Source of the DNA: Fibrobacteria bacterium
GTDB lineage: Bacteria > Fibrobacterota > Fibrobacteria > UBA11236
Length of the DNA stretch: 64,000 nt
NCBI GenBank assembly: GCA_043745805.1
Contig: JAYTSD010000008.1
Location: 258,569-322,568 of the forward strand
Reading direction: 5' to 3'
Every line of letters starts with the position of its first letter. Position 1 is the stretch's first letter. The notes under the pieces are model-generated. The model was not told the DNA's origin, searched no databases, and saw nothing but the letters and a program-made list of their open reading frames with translations. The position numbers were made by a program, and so were the translations under genes. Positions 63,997 to 64,000 of this stretch are shown one piece after another.

Positions 63997-64000
63997 CGCG

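Noticed and set aside
1-64000. Search for CRISPR arrays, direct or inverted terminal repeats, integrase/transposase/phage genes, and toxin-antitoxin pairs
   Set aside because: I found no regularly spaced direct repeats, no recombinase-like ORFs, and no small two-gene TA-like cassettes. Both tRNA genes lack flanking integrase or attachment-site duplications within the window. I therefore report no mobile element, CRISPR array or defence island.

Overview
This 64 kb window is low-GC (about 40 % by eye) chromosomal DNA from a diderm (Gram-negative-type) bacterium. It is densely coding, about 60 genes, mostly in long co-directional, translationally coupled runs. I found no transposase, integrase, phage gene or CRISPR array, so there is no sign of a mobile or accessory island in the classical sense. 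Taxonomy cannot be settled from the sequence. Features such as a KWG/WG-repeat protein, HDOD, PEP-CTERM, TamAB and many TPR/TolB-like envelope proteins fit a free-living spirochaete-, Bdellovibrionota- or FCB-like lineage, but this is only an impression.

Gene order across the window:
- 1..7.7 kb: partial ddl 3' end; two SAM methyltransferases; a PEP-CTERM-locus-type polysaccharide deacetylase next to a PEP-CTERM protein (exosortase-system hallmark); a KWG/WG-repeat secreted protein; a secreted CarboxypepD_reg-domain protein; an SGNH hydrolase.
- 7.7..19.3 kb, all on the minus strand: a three-gene signalling operon (polytopic His-rich sensor kinase, REC-HDOD regulator, REC-HD-GYP regulator whose catalytic HD/HHE residues are substituted); then queA, a HEAT-repeat protein, an RluB-like pseudouridine synthase, a Ppx/GppA protein, a small unknown ORF and a large B12-binding/radical-SAM protein.
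- 19.4..25.9 kb: ferredoxin overlapping a geranylgeranyl-reductase-family flavoprotein; GT4 glycosyltransferase; a REC + Cys-rich domain regulator; an FHA mini-protein; a Tgs1-like methyltransferase; acpS.
- 26..37.3 kb: a nine-gene tightly packed minus-strand envelope operon. It contains a fused double-ATPase Opp/Dpp-type ABC transporter with 2 permeases and a substrate-binding protein, a lipoprotein, a TPR protein, a TolB-like beta-propeller, a TM/Pro-rich/TPR TonB-TolA-like protein and a tandem-domain periplasmic protein.
- 37.4..43.9 kb: tRNA-Cys; PEGA protein; TamA; TamB.
- 44..46 kb: FlhB-C-like mini protein, then an unusual partner-switching cluster (RsbW-like kinase, STAS-kinase fusion, STAS) with no sigma factor or PP2C phosphatase nearby.
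- 46..64 kb: SurA-like PPIase/TPR lipoprotein; tRNA-Gly with a bidirectional terminator; ndk; gamma-CA-like; SanA-like; DAG-kinase-like; GDPD; glpD; a second SurA-like PPIase; a Ser/Thr kinase; rplU (with C-terminal extension) and rpmA; a large FN3/FGE-sulfatase-domain lipoprotein; mutY; a BamE-like lipoprotein; two unknown envelope proteins; DUF420.

The regions I consider most worth a second look are the degenerate-HD-GYP signalling operon, the nine-gene envelope operon, the STAS-kinase fusion cluster and the PEP-CTERM pair. All domain calls come from reading motifs by eye in the six-frame translations and need HMM or BLAST confirmation.
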